Positions 40,232-53,276 of a stretch of 64,000 nt of DNA are shown one piece after another. The position numbers and the translations under genes were made by a program. The first letter of the stretch is position 1. The number at the start of each line of letters is the position of its first letter. The notes under the pieces are model-generated. The model was given only the letters and a program-made list of their open reading frames with translations. It ran no database searches and had not been told where the DNA came from. Source of the DNA: Octopus sinensis. Its lineage: Eukaryota. The DNA is taken from the NCBI RefSeq assembly GCF_006345805.1, contig NC_043001.1, forward strand, positions 53,320,001-53,384,000. Direction: 5' to 3'.

Positions 40232-40470
40232 ATATTACTAGCAATAGTATTCGCAGCAATAACTAAATGTATATGAGGGACACTAAAATAATGAAATCAA
40301 TATTAGATAAAATAAAAATAGATTTTTTTCTTGAATACGATGATACGGATAACTGTATTTTTAATCAGTATATAAATTGCACACAGAAATCAACATTTAC
40401 ATACAGGTAAATATATATACATATAAATGTATAAGTATATGCATAAATGTATGTACTGTCCATATATGTA

Positions 40471-40523
<53 letters not shown>

Positions 40524-40528
40524 TAGCA

Positions 40529-40575
40529 AAAACTGTCCGATGAACGGCAACGCGAAACTCGGAGTAACAGGTTTT
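40529..40575 (+). ncRNA. Minimal Type I hammerhead ribozyme-like motif (variant core CCGAUGA)
   Basis: Stem I aaaa-ctgt / acag-(g)-tttt; core CCGATGA; stem II (a)cg-GCAA-cg(c); GAAA; stem III actc-g-gagt; GUA cleavage triplet at 40564-40566. Confidence 0.7.
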
Positions 40576-40656
40576 GTAGAATTTTCTGCTGTTTTAAATA
40601 AAGTATAATACATTATATATATACAAATGTATGTGTATTCATATATATATGTGTGT

Positions 40657-41373
40657 GTGAATATAAACAAGGGTAATAATATAGATTACTACCAGTGGCT
40701 CAGCACAAAAGACGAATTAGTCATTAGACAAAATATTATTCATATAAAATAGAATTAAGGCTCCTAAATAAGGATGCAAAGTGCTAGGGGCACAAAAAAA
40801 GGGATAAATTTATCGAGAGGGAAAATCAAAAACATTACATTAACGATACATCTCGGACTGATCAGTTTCTACCTCTTTCTAGCAAAACAAACGACTGATC
40901 AGTTTCTACCTCTTTGTAGCAAAACAAACAGAATATGTTTGCTCAGGCCGGTTTCATCAGCGAGACGCTTAAGTTAAATCGAGTAGCGCAGCGCGTTAGA
41001 CCATGTGTTGATCTCAACAGCTTGCAGATCTTGACTTTTCAAATCTCTGCGCAGTCGCAAAATCTACCCGGTGATATAGGGCATGCCGGGAAAATAATTT
41101 TACGAATAAATCCATCAAGTAATATGTGAATATAAACAAGGGTAATAATATAGATTACTACCAGTGGCCCAGCACAAAAGACGAATTAGTCATTAGACAA
41201 AATATTATTCATACAGAAAAATATCATTCATATAGAAATATAATTAAGGGCTCCTAAATAAGGATGCCAAGTGCTAGGGGCACAAAAAAAGGCTTAATTT
41301 ATCGAGAGTGAAAATCAAAAACATTTACCATTAACGATACATCTCGGACTGATCAGTTTCTTCCTCTTTCTAG

Positions 41374-41376
<3 letters not shown>
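40657..41376 (-). repeat. Partial tandem repeat carrying hammerhead motifs (pLTR/retrozyme-like)
   Basis: 40657-40886 is repeated at 41126-41376 with high identity; includes an internal 37-bp tandem duplication (40856-40892 / 40893-40929). Confidence 0.9.
40850..40966 (-). ncRNA. Type I hammerhead ribozyme with palindromic stem III
   Basis: Minus strand: GUCUCG-CUGAUGA-[long stem II]-GAAAC-UGAUCA-GUC/CGAGAU. Stem I is 6 bp (GUCUCG:CGAGAU, one G-U) and ACUGAUCAGU is self-complementary. Confidence 0.8.
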
Positions 41377-41436
<60 letters not shown>

Positions 41437-41452
41437 CAGAAAATGTGTATAT

Positions 41453-41543
<91 letters not shown>

Positions 41544-41854
41544 CGTGTGTGTCTAGTATTGACGGAATCAAAAGACTGGATACCATGTTTAGAATTAATG
41601 ATAGTGTATTTGGGGCCAGTATACTACAACAGGTATTCAGACGAGTTCTTACTGCATAATTGACGGAAACATGTATAGTTATAACTTTCCAGTCATAAAG
41701 TACGATGGTGGGACAAGTATATCATAAACAGAATGAAAAACGAAGAAAAGAGGACGGAAGAAACCAGGGAAAAAGAAAGAGGAGAGATTTGCTAGAAAGG
41801 CAGGAGAGTAAAAGAACGAAAACAAAACGTAAACTATGGAGGACTCCACTTTCA

Positions 41855-43470
41855 CCACTTCCATCCACTACGAACACACAGACTGACACTCATACTTAAA
41901 CTTCTCTTCCTCCCACCCTAAACACACATAGCTCTGCATCCCCTATTCTCAATTCGTTCGCCAACGCAGGCTCTGCAATGACAACCATGACTTTGAGACT
42001 CAGACTCAACTCATGGCTCGCCACTTCAACTTACGTGGATATCGCCTCACCACTATCCACACCGCCCTTGCCATAGCACGTTCCGTGGACCGTGCATGTG
42101 CTCTCTCCCCCGCATCCGTTCCCCGTCACCGGTCTCCCGTTTCCCCTTACCTACCACCCGACAACCCTACCTCTCCAACGCACCATTCTCCGATCCTTTA
42201 GGCCACTCCAGAACGATCCCTCCACTTCTCACATCTTCCCTAACCGACCCCTCCTTCAAACGAGCCCACAGCCTACGTGATCTCTTGGACCACAGCTTTT
42301 TCTCTAACGCAACTTCCCAGCCTGGCTCGTTCCCCTGCTCCCACCCACGTTGCGGCACTTGCCATTACCTCTCCAACACCACCCTCCTCGCAGGCACCCA
42401 TCATCGACCCTATCATATTACTGACCCGTTCACCTGCACTTCTAAGAACGTCATCTACGGCATTTGCTACACTCTGAGTCCTTTGCTGTACATCGGTCAA
42501 GCGGGACGCCGCTTGGCTGACCGGTTCGCAGAACACCTCTGAGACATCAGACTAGGTAACGACACCCCGGTCTCGCGTCATTTCCGCCCTACCGGTCATT
42601 CTTAACAACACCTGTCTGTATTCGGATTGTCCTCGCACAGGGGCCATGTGGACTCCCGCCTTCAACGTGAACAAGCATTAATCTTCTCTCTTCGCTACTT
42701 TCAGTCACATGAACTTAACTCTCCGTCCCACGTCATATAACCCTACTCCTCCCTCCTCTCTTCCTCTCACACCTATTTTCTCCCACTCACCTCCACTCTT
42801 GCTCTGACACGTATCTCTTCTCTTCTTCTCACACCTACTTTCTCTCACCCTCCCAACTCCTCTCCTTTCTTGCTCTGCCACCTACTTCCTCTCTTCATTC
42901 CTACCCACTTTCTACCCCTCCCCTCTCCTTTCATCGTCACCCCCTCCTGTAGTGGTAAACTGAACCCAAATATATCATTAATCCCTACCATGGTATTCAG
43001 TCCTTTGTTTCCGACAGTTAATACAAGAAGGATACACACACACATATCAATGTATGTATATATATATATGTGTGTGTGTGTTTGTGCGTGTGTGTATGTG
43101 TGTGTGAGAGTGTGTGTGGGAGACACACAACAGACAGCCACTCCTACCAAAATTCTTACTATAAATTCTTCCTAGTTCCTTAAGTTACACTAAGTCCAAA
43201 CATACACATACATAAACAGCAACAACCATGCACACACACACACACACGCATATACTCACACATACAGACACATACTTTCTTCTCTTGCACTCTCCTGTCT
43301 TAGAAAGAACTTTTTCTTCAACCATTCCCTTTCGGTCATTTCAATATTTCTGATGAAAAGCTCCACTGGAAACGTGAAATCCTCTTTCTTTTCTTTCCTT
43401 TCCTGAGCGTCCAATAACACAGTACTTGTTCCACGTCCTCACGTTTTTTTTTCTTTCTTGATCTTGTTTG
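41855..43470 (+). mobile_element. Penelope-like element (Neptune-type) 3' part: RT thumb, Cys motif, GIY-YIG endonuclease, pLTR
   Basis: TD*HSYLNFSSSHPKH...IPYSQFVRQRRLC...HFNLRGY; CSHPRCGTC; FTCTSKNVIYGIC...LYIGQAGRRLADRFAEHL. Followed by a pyrimidine-rich tract and ctgatga...gaaacgt at 43350. Confidence 0.88.
43345..43380 (+). ncRNA. Degenerate hammerhead core in the PLE pLTR
   Basis: CTGATGA (43350-43356) ... GAAACGT, but stem II is broken and the cleavage triplet reads GUG, so it is probably inactive. Confidence 0.5.
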
Positions 43471-43609
43471 GATTGACTATATATATATATATATTATATA
43501 TATATATGTACAAACATGCACACATATATGGACACACACGCATATCTATACATACTATATATTATTTATATATATATAATATATACCTATATACATACAT
43601 ATGTGTATG

Positions 43610-43654
<45 letters not shown>

Positions 43655-44251
43655 TAATATATATAATATATATATATATATGTATGTATGTATGTATGCA
43701 TGTGAGATTTCATCACTTACGTGTCCTTCCTTCAGTTTTCAGAGTATATAACGTGCATCTAACATTTATATTGATTTTGCATTTCGTTTTTTGAACGGTT
43801 AACTATTCATCTAACTTAAAAGTCCATCTGTATTGAACTCCAGCGGTCGTGGTGGTAATGTTGTTGAATCTGCCAACATTACCACCACTATCGACGGTTA
43901 GTAGTCCATTATTCGATCTACAAAATCGCTTGTTCGCGAATAAAAGAAAAAGTGTCAACGGTTAACTAAACAAAAGGCTTGTTAGTACATAATGTCATTC
44001 TCAAAAAGCCTGATAAGTTGTGACAAGCTGCTACCATCTGAATTAAGGTTACTGTTCACTTTACGGGATTCGGTACAATTTCGCTTCACACACATTATAG
44101 CACGACCCGGTGATAAAACGGCAGTACTAAGAGAAGGCAGGTACTTTCATCAGATCCGGAACTTATTTGTTGCGAAATATTCTTAAAAGTTTCAGCATGC
44201 TTATATATATTATATATATATATATATTATATATATATATATATATATACG

Positions 44252-44304
44252 AGCGAGAAAGAAGCAACTAAAAACCTATCCATTCTTGTTGCTTCTTTCT
44301 CGCT
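44252..44304. repeat. Perfect 17-bp inverted repeat with 19-nt loop
   Basis: agcgagaaagaagcaac (44252-44268) / gttgcttctttctcgct (44288-44304). Confidence 0.9.
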
Positions 44305-44419
44305 TATAATCACCCCACATTACTGTATTGTTAAATCAGTATAGTTTTTTTGGTGCATCTAAGTTAGGTACCATATTCAAGTAAATTTTTTTAAATTAAC
44401 TTGAATCTTTATTGCTCTT

Positions 44420-44504
<85 letters not shown>

Positions 44505-44535
44505 GATATATATATATATGTATATATATATAGAT

Positions 44536-44580
<45 letters not shown>

Positions 44581-45131
44581 TATATGTATATATATATGTG
44601 TGTGTGTATACATGTATATATATATATACATATATATATATATACCTGCTTCTGTGGAAACTTAGGTGAACTTTTTAACTGGATTTGAAGGGATACAAAC
44701 CGCAGAGAAGAATAAATAAAAATGATAAAGAGGCGAGAAGAAAAACTATTAGTTTTATGGTAAAATGGAATGTTTTTAGCAGATGAAAACACACATGCGT
44801 ATATATGTATAAGACTGTCTTCGGCATGTCCTCATACGCATAAGGGAATCCACTTCTGCATGCATAAGAATATATAATATATACGCCAGGACAAGTATAC
44901 TCGCGCACATACGATTAAATGCGACCACATACATGCACATACGTACGCACACGTTCTAGTAGACGCATACATAAACGTGAGTGCGTCCATGCACGTATGC
45001 GACTGTGTAGCTGTTGATTCAATTACTCATGTGCATTGTTTAGCTCGCAAACTGACGTCGAGACAAACACACGAACACAAAATATATTTATAATCGCTCA
45101 CACACGGAAAATGTTCGTTTGCGTGCATGCT

Positions 45132-45185
<54 letters not shown>

Positions 45186-46580
45186 CCTGACTGTGCATGA
45201 TTGACTGAGTGCTTGTATGTGTGTAAGTGTGTATTCCGTGAGGTCCCGCATATACCCACAAACATAGTAGTACACGCTATCTAAATGTGAATAAACATCA
45301 GAACATGATATTCGGACTCGGTTCTAGGGAGATAGATTTGTGTATACACACACACATCCCACATATAAACACACAAACACACATATAAATATTTATATTC
45401 GAAATATCAGTACTTGCTAGCTCGTGATACATGCTTCATTTGCACGTATTAGTGACTTTAGAATCATATGCAGACGTCTCTGGTTAATATTACATCTATA
45501 CATTTGTACATATATGTAAAGTATAAACATCGACATATTGACAAAGGTGGCTTACTGAATGTAAAGAAGGAAGGAGTAGTATTATGAGAGGTAGTGAGTA
45601 AAAGTGTGTGTGAAAGAGAGAAAGAGAGATATAGAGTGTGTGTGTGAGAGAGGGAGAGAGAGAGTAAGAGAGAGAGGGAGAAAGAGCTAAAGAAAGAGTA
45701 AGGGTGAGCGAAAGTTAGGAAAAAGTGAGATAGATTTGTTAGGGAAAATAGAAGAGGGATAGTCTGGAAGAGAATGATGAGAAAAAAACAAAGAGAAATG
45801 ATGAGAAACGAGGAAAAAACGCAAACATTGCTATAAAGTAATAAACCTACTTATGTACACCCACGTGTGTGTCTATCAAGCGTGTGTATATGTGTGTGCG
45901 TGTGTGTGTTATGTGTGTGTGTGTGTGTGCATACATACCGACCCGCAAACAATTCTTTAGTGGCGCGCCATACAGTTATTATCTGCACCTGAGATATATA
46001 TCGCGTCAGCTCTTGCAACGCATGTATACGCACATCCTATAACCTGTCTGAATGCGCGAACTGACGTGCCAATCGCTATATTTTCATTTGCTCTCATCGC
46101 ATAAAGTATTCTGGACGTAAAATTCGAGGACTTATATTTCGTTTTATTTTCTCTTTACATAATTATGGAAGTTATTCGTATTCTCTATAAATATTTAAAG
46201 GTTTGTAACTTTATTATTCTCGATAGTGTGTTTTACATTGTTTCTATATGTTTTATTTTTTATTTTCATTTTTGAAATATCTTTTCAAATTTTCTTTTCT
46301 TTAATTTCTTCTCATTTTCATTAGGTATTTTGAAAACTATAGACTATAACAAATAAGCCACGCATAATAAGCACATTCAATAATAATAACAAAAAAATAA
46401 TGCCTAAACTAGTGTGATACTTCCCCACCACATAGAATTCTAACGTTTCTGGTTTTTGTTTCAGTATTTACATTAAGGTAGAAGAAAGTACTTAGTGAGT
46501 AAATAAGCCACGCAAACGAAATTACATTAAGATATAAAGTTATGTTGCGTCTGACAGCTAGCAAATTTATGTGTGACGGG

Positions 46581-46841
46581 AATAATAATGATCCTTTTTA
46601 CTAAAGGCACAAGGGCAGTAATTTTGTGGAGAGGGCTAGTCGATTACATCGACCTCAGTACTCAAGTGGTACTTATTTTATATGCCCCGAAATATGAAAG
46701 GCATAGTCGATCTCAGCGTAATTTGAACTCAGAACATGAAGACGGATGAAATAGGGTTAGGCATTTCGCCCGGCGCAATTACGATTCTTTCAGCTTGCCG
46801 CGTTAAAGTAAATAATGATAATAATAAAAGTAATAATGATG

Positions 46842-46901
<60 letters not shown>

Positions 46902-47654
46902 GTTTCAAATTTCGCCACCGAGCAGCAATTTTGTGGGGGTGGGGGGGATGAGTCGATTACATCGACCCCAGTGTTCAACTGGTAATTACTTTATCGATTC
47001 CGAAAGGATGAGAGTCAAAGTCGACATCGGTGGACTTTGAACTCAGAACCTAGCGACGGGCGAAATTCCGCAAAGTATTTCGCCCGGTGTGCTAACGATT
47101 CAGCCGGCTCGCCCCATGATAATAATTACTTCAAATTTTTGCCGCAAGGGCAGCTTAGAGGAGAGGATTAAGTCGATTTTATTGACCCCAATGCGTACCT
47201 GGTAGTTATTTAATCGACCTCGAAATGATGAAAATTAAAGTCTGTCTCCGCGGAATTTGAACTCAGAACGTAACGCCAGGCAAAATACTGCTAAGCATTT
47301 CGCCCGGCGTGCTAATGATTCTGCCAGCTAACTGCCTTCGCCAATTTAATAATAATGATGATGATGATGATGATGACGACGATAATGACGACGACGATGA
47401 TAGTGATGATTATAATAATAATAATAATAATAATAATATAATAATAATAATCCATTGTACAAAGGAACAAGACCTGAAATTTTATGAGAGGGATACATTC
47501 GAATAGATCGACCCCAGTACGCAACTGGTACTTAATTTATCTATCCCGAGAGGATGAAAAGCATATTCGACCTCGGCTGAACTTGAACTCAGAACGGACG
47601 AAATGCCTCTAAGTATTTTGTCCAATATGCTAACAATTTTGCCAGCTCGTCGCC
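46581..47654 (-). mobile_element. Chain of four head-to-tail SINE family B copies separated by (AAT)n
   Basis: Copies at about 46581-46802, 46901-47115, 47127-47336 and 47450-47654, all on the minus strand. Confidence 0.88.
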
Positions 47655-47690
47655 CCAATAATACTAAAAATAATGATAATAAAAAACAAA

Positions 47691-47791
<101 letters not shown>

Positions 47792-47792
47792 C

Positions 47793-47832
<40 letters not shown>

Positions 47833-47860
47833 ATAATAATGATAATGATTATGATGATAA

Positions 47861-48245
47861 CTATGTCTTTATTAATCACTAAGGGTGGGGACTGTACAGA
47901 CGAATACAATATCGGGGTTACATAATATACGTAAGAAAAATAAACAGTAACAATGAAAAATTTATAAGAATGAATAAATCGCCAAAAGAGGGAAACTTTC
48001 TAAGGCTGCTCGTGGAGACCTCACAAAAACCACGGTCGCCCTGACCACTAGGGCTAGTGCCCCGTTTACATTGTCCATCTTCAACTTACAATCTCATGCT
48101 TAGAGTAGACACCTTCACTCGGACCGTCCTTGCGACATTCTCCCTCCTTTTACAAAACTGCTGGGAGGCAGAATTTCCTTCACCCTCATTTTCATTTCCA
48201 AGAAAGCGCAATTTTACAACACGTTGGTTAGGTTAAAGAAACTTT
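47861..48245 (-). mobile_element. L1/Tx1-like 3' fragment
   Basis: Minus strand aatgtcgcaaggacggtccgagtgaa matches aatgtagcaaggatggcacgagtgaa near 27950; ends with aataaagacatag next to a microsatellite. Confidence 0.7.
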
Positions 48246-48709
48246 TTAAACATAGTAAATTAAATTATTTTTGAAACAGACAAATGAATTATGACGAACT
48301 TCGGTCGAATATCTTCTATTCTTCTCTATTCTAAAATAATTTATAAATACATGACAGTGTGACTGCTCTTATGAGATTTGTGCATCGGTTCTTTCCTACA
48401 CACTTTCTTCGGAAAGTTGTTTTATTTTACATCAAATGTGGAAACATATCTATTATATACATGACTTATATTAAAAGTTACGTGAAATTGTATATTCAGG
48501 TACATTTGCATTTCATTTTCAACTGAACCTTCACTCGATTTATATGATTTCGTACTATATAACGTACCCGAAGAACACGCCAAATAATTGTTTTTAAGTA
48601 AATTAAGCATGCAATCTGATTTTATATCTTTCAAAAAACTTTGTGCTTATTTGGGTTCTGGTGAAGTACCAATGAACGGTGATGCATTTAAAAGCTTCTT
48701 TCCTACATT

Positions 48710-49165
48710 TCTTCTTCTATTCCTCCTTCTTCTTCTTCTTCTTCTTCTTCTCTTCTTCTTCTTCTTGTCCTTCTTTTCTTTCTTATTCTTCTTCTTCTTC
48801 TCTTCTTCTTTTTCTTCTCTCCTCTTCTTCTTTTTCTTCTTCTTCTTCTTCTTCTTCTTCTTGTGCGCCTTCTTCTTCTTTTCTTCTTCTCCTTACTCTT
48901 TTCCTCTTCTTCTTCTTCGTCTTCTATTACTTACTACTACCACCACCACACTACCACTACTACTACTACCCTACTACTACCACTACCACCACTATCACCA
49001 CTACTACTACTACGACTACTACTACCACCACCACCACTACTACTACTAGACTACTACTACCACTACCACTACTCCTAATACTCTACTACATTACTACTAC
49101 TACTCTACTACTACTACTCATACTATATAATAATATAATGATAATATAATAATAATAATGATAAT

Positions 49166-49210
<45 letters not shown>

Positions 49211-49375
49211 CATAATAATAATAATAATAATAATAGCATACTATTTAGTAGTAGTGATTGTAATCTTTTACTTTTACTGCAATTAATACCACCACCAAGA
49301 GCAACAACAATACTAATTCTTCTTCTTCTTCTTCTTCTTCTTCTTCTTCTGCTTCTGCTTCTTCTTCGAGCCACT
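48710..49375. repeat. Compound (CTT)/(CTA)/(CCA)/(TAA) microsatellite region
   Basis: Directly visible. Confidence 0.95.
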
Positions 49376-51013
49376 ATTTTCTTTTTCTGATGGAGCAACT
49401 TATCGTCGAGGTATAAATGGAAAGATAGACTGAAAGAGAGATACAGATTGCGATGAGGTTGAGGGAGAAAGAAAGAGAGAAGGATACAGATTGTCTATGT
49501 GCGTTATTCTCAAGTGTTTGTATTTGTAAGCCTCCGTCTTTGTGTGCGCGTGTCGTGTTGGTTGAAATGTAGGGTCTTGCAGATAAACAGTAATGACTAA
49601 CAGTTTACTCCAACAGGTGTTACACCATACCTGTTGTAAATGTTGCACGGCTGAGAGAAAAAAAGTGTTTACTACTCGATGCTAGCCCACCACATGTTGC
49701 CATATGTCAACAGTCGATAAGATGCATTCCATAGTTGAAAGATACTTTAATTTATCTCATGCGGAAGTATCAAAAGTAAATTTGATAATAGGATTTGTAT
49801 TCACAACGTTAATAGCACGAACAACTACTAGTGCGTTTTGCGATTCTTATTTCTAAAGATCTTGTCACTCATCGAACTACCGTTATTCCTATAGACACGC
49901 AAACATACACGCTCATGCACTCGCATATATACAGGCTCACATTCACATCCCTAAAAAATAAATATACATACACACACAGATAGACACACATACAGATATT
50001 GATTACTCACACATCTAGTATCTTCCCTTCCTTTCCTCTGCTATATTCTTCTTTACGCACATCCTTTTATTGTTTGATTTCTCGCATAAATGTATTTATG
50101 TTTGACGTGTGTAATATATTTCGTTTGTGATTCGGACTCTCAATCCTCACTTATGAAAATATTTTATTCACTTCGGTTTAATTGTATTAATTTAATTTGT
50201 TCATAAATGCTCATAAGTATACACGAATAATATCATCTAACTTTCTAAATTCTTTCTATCTTACTTGCATGCTTATGAAAACCCATTACTAGTACATGCG
50301 AGTCAGATGTGTATATAAATATATCCATAAATATAGAAGTATACAAGAGTTGACGCAAGTTTACAAGTGAATTAAATATTGTTTGTAACAACAATTTATA
50401 TGAATTTCATAGAAATAAGCTGCAAATCATCAGTCCTCTAACCCCAGTGGATGCTACCTTATGAGTAGAAACTAGTATAAACGAAGATCCACATTGTATA
50501 ATTTTTCCTCATATCCCTGCTATCATCTTATTAAAGAGTAATTTGAATTTCTAACATTTCCGTCACTTAATTTATCGCAAGAGGCATATAACCAGCGGTG
50601 CTTGATTGTCACAAAATTAGGGGCTTTGAATTTTTTCTGGTGAAGCAATATGAATATAAGTAGTATCTTGATACGTTGGACTTCAACTGAAAGAGATAAC
50701 TGTTTGCATGGTGATAGGGAACGTGAATAAAAACACTGGATATAGGATGTGTACTAACATACCAACTCACATATTTTATTTTCATAAATATTTATACAAT
50801 TATGTATAAAAGTATAAAAGTATTGAATATATACCAAATGCAGAAACACATATATAGCTTTCCTTAATACATAGGAAATAGATCCGTGAATGCAGTGAAT
50901 ACAAAACAACAAATAAAAAGTAATATCTGAACTGAAATACACACCAAATATACGCATATATGCTTATATTCATAAGTATATAAGGCTTTGTATGCATAAA
51001 TATAAGTATATAT

Positions 51014-51835
51014 ACTCTTTTACTCTTTTACTTGTTTCAGTCATTTGACTGCGGCCATGCTGGAGCACCGACTTTAATCGAGCAAATCGACCCCGGGACT
51101 TATTCTTTGTAAGTCCAGTACTTATTCTATCGGTTTCTTTTGCCGAACCGCTAGGTGACAGGGACGTAAACACACCAGCATCGGTTGTCAAGCAATGCTA
51201 GGGGTACAAACACAGACACACAAACATATACACACACACTTATATATATATATATCTCTCTATATAAACGGCAGTTTGTCTGTGTGCGTGTCTGTGTGTC
51301 TGTCAGGTTGTACCCTCACCCTGACCACGGCTTTCAACCGATTCTGATGAAACTTGACACACGCATAGCCCAATGTCATAATTCAAAACTAACGCAGCGA
51401 AAATTTTGAAAAGTTCCCCCAGTTCTGAAAAAGATCGATAAATTCGACATGGGGTCGAGATTCAGAACACAAACCACAGATGGTCTAGGGGAGGCAACTC
51501 GACCTTTTTAACTATCAAAAAAATTTACCATAATTTTTTTTTCCATTTTTTGCTATTTTTTGGCTATAACTCTCTAAAAATGCTTTATAGTTATTCCCTT
51601 ACAACCCGAGCAACGCCGGGCGATACTGCTATATATATAATATATAGTATATATATATATTATACATATATACGACAGGCTTCTTTCAGTTTCCGTCTAC
51701 TAAATCTACTCACAAGGCATTGGTCGGCCCGGTGCTATACCAGAAGACACTTGTCCAAGATGCCACGCAGTGGGACTGAACCCGGAACCATGTGATTGGT
51801 TAGCAAGCTACTTACCACACAGCCACTCCTGTGCC
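51014..51835 (-). mobile_element. Full SINE family A copy split by an insertion
   Basis: The 3' half (51014-51245) and 5' half (51670-51835) are the reverse complement of 53273-53635. Confidence 0.88.
51254..51630 (+). mobile_element. Helentron-associated (HINE/Lep1-like) non-autonomous element
   Basis: Starts tctctctatataaacggcag, has a (TGTC)-like microsatellite and caaccgattctgatgaaactt, and ends with hairpin cccgagcaacgccggg plus ctgcta. Sits in TA repeats. Confidence 0.7.
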
Positions 51836-52213
51836 TATATATGTGTATGTATATGTGGGGATACCTTGTATATACATATAAATAGATATATGTACGTATA
51901 TATATATATACATATATATACATGTGTGTGTCTGTGTGGGTGTGTGCTTGTGTGTGCACGTGTGTTTATGTATGCACATATGCATATACAAAATGATATA
52001 TATGTATGTGCATATATATATATATGTATATATATATATTATATATATACATATATTGTATATATATTATATATATATGCATATATATTAATATATATAT
52101 ATATTATATATATATATGCATATATATATATATACATATATATATATACATATATATACATACACATATGTGTCTATATATAAATAAATATATATATGGT
52201 GTATATATAAATG

Positions 52214-52251
<38 letters not shown>

Positions 52252-53227
52252 ATACATCAGTGTGTGTCTGCGTATGTGTATTTGTGTGCGCGTGTGCCTT
52301 CGCATGTGCGTCTGTGGCACTATACTTCAAAGGAAACTTTTGGTAGTGACTTCAATACTTAATTCGCATGACTTAGGGGGCAGAAAAAGTCTAAACGTAG
52401 AGATTTTAAATTTGCAGTCAACCATTAATTTGCAAGATAAAAGTGTATACATTATACAAAAGTTTATTCAAGTAGCGTTGAACAACTATTTGTTTATAAA
52501 TGATTCTGATTATAAATATTGTATGTATCAATATATATCATATATATTTTATATATCTACTTCCGAATGTTTGTACATACATGTAATCATTTACACACAC
52601 AGAAGCTATGCACACACTATGCACACAAGCACAACATCTTATATATATATATATATATATATATAATTATATATATATAGGTATATATGTATGCATGTAT
52701 GTATGTATGTATAGTATGTATGTATGTATGTATGTATGTATGTTTGTATATATGTATGTATATAAATGCATATACGATGAAAAGTCTCGAACCTCAATAA
52801 AACATTTCTGATGAAGATAGAAGATTTCAAGGCTCAAAACTTTTCATACACCCTTCATACATATGCAAGTGTATTTAGATGTGTATGTAAATGTATTTTA
52901 AAAATCTCCAAATACACATACATATATATACACCCACACATATATGTGCGTGTATCCGTGTATACAAGAAACATTGGTAGACTTGAGAGAAGTTATAAGA
53001 TACTTTCAAACTAGTTATCTAAGTATGTAACTGCCTATATATATAATATATGTATCTTTCTGCCTATATATATGTGTGTGTGTGTGTTTGAATGTATATG
53101 TATCTATATATATATACATATATATACACACACACATATATATATATACACACATATATAATATAATATATAATATATAATACACATACATATACACACA
53201 CACACACACACACAATATATAGATATA

Positions 53228-53272
<45 letters not shown>

Positions 53273-53276
<4 letters not shown>

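Noticed and set aside
46581-47654. CRISPR-like regularly spaced repeats
   Set aside because: The repeats are ~210-bp diverged SINEs separated by microsatellites, there are no cas genes, and the context is eukaryotic.
50395-50445. Minus-strand CUGAUGA followed by GAAA
   Set aside because: No stem II or stem I pairing could be drawn.
52775-52850. ctgatgaag...ctcaaaac with a short flanking inverted repeat
   Set aside because: GAAA core is absent and the helices are inconsistent; at best a very decayed motif.
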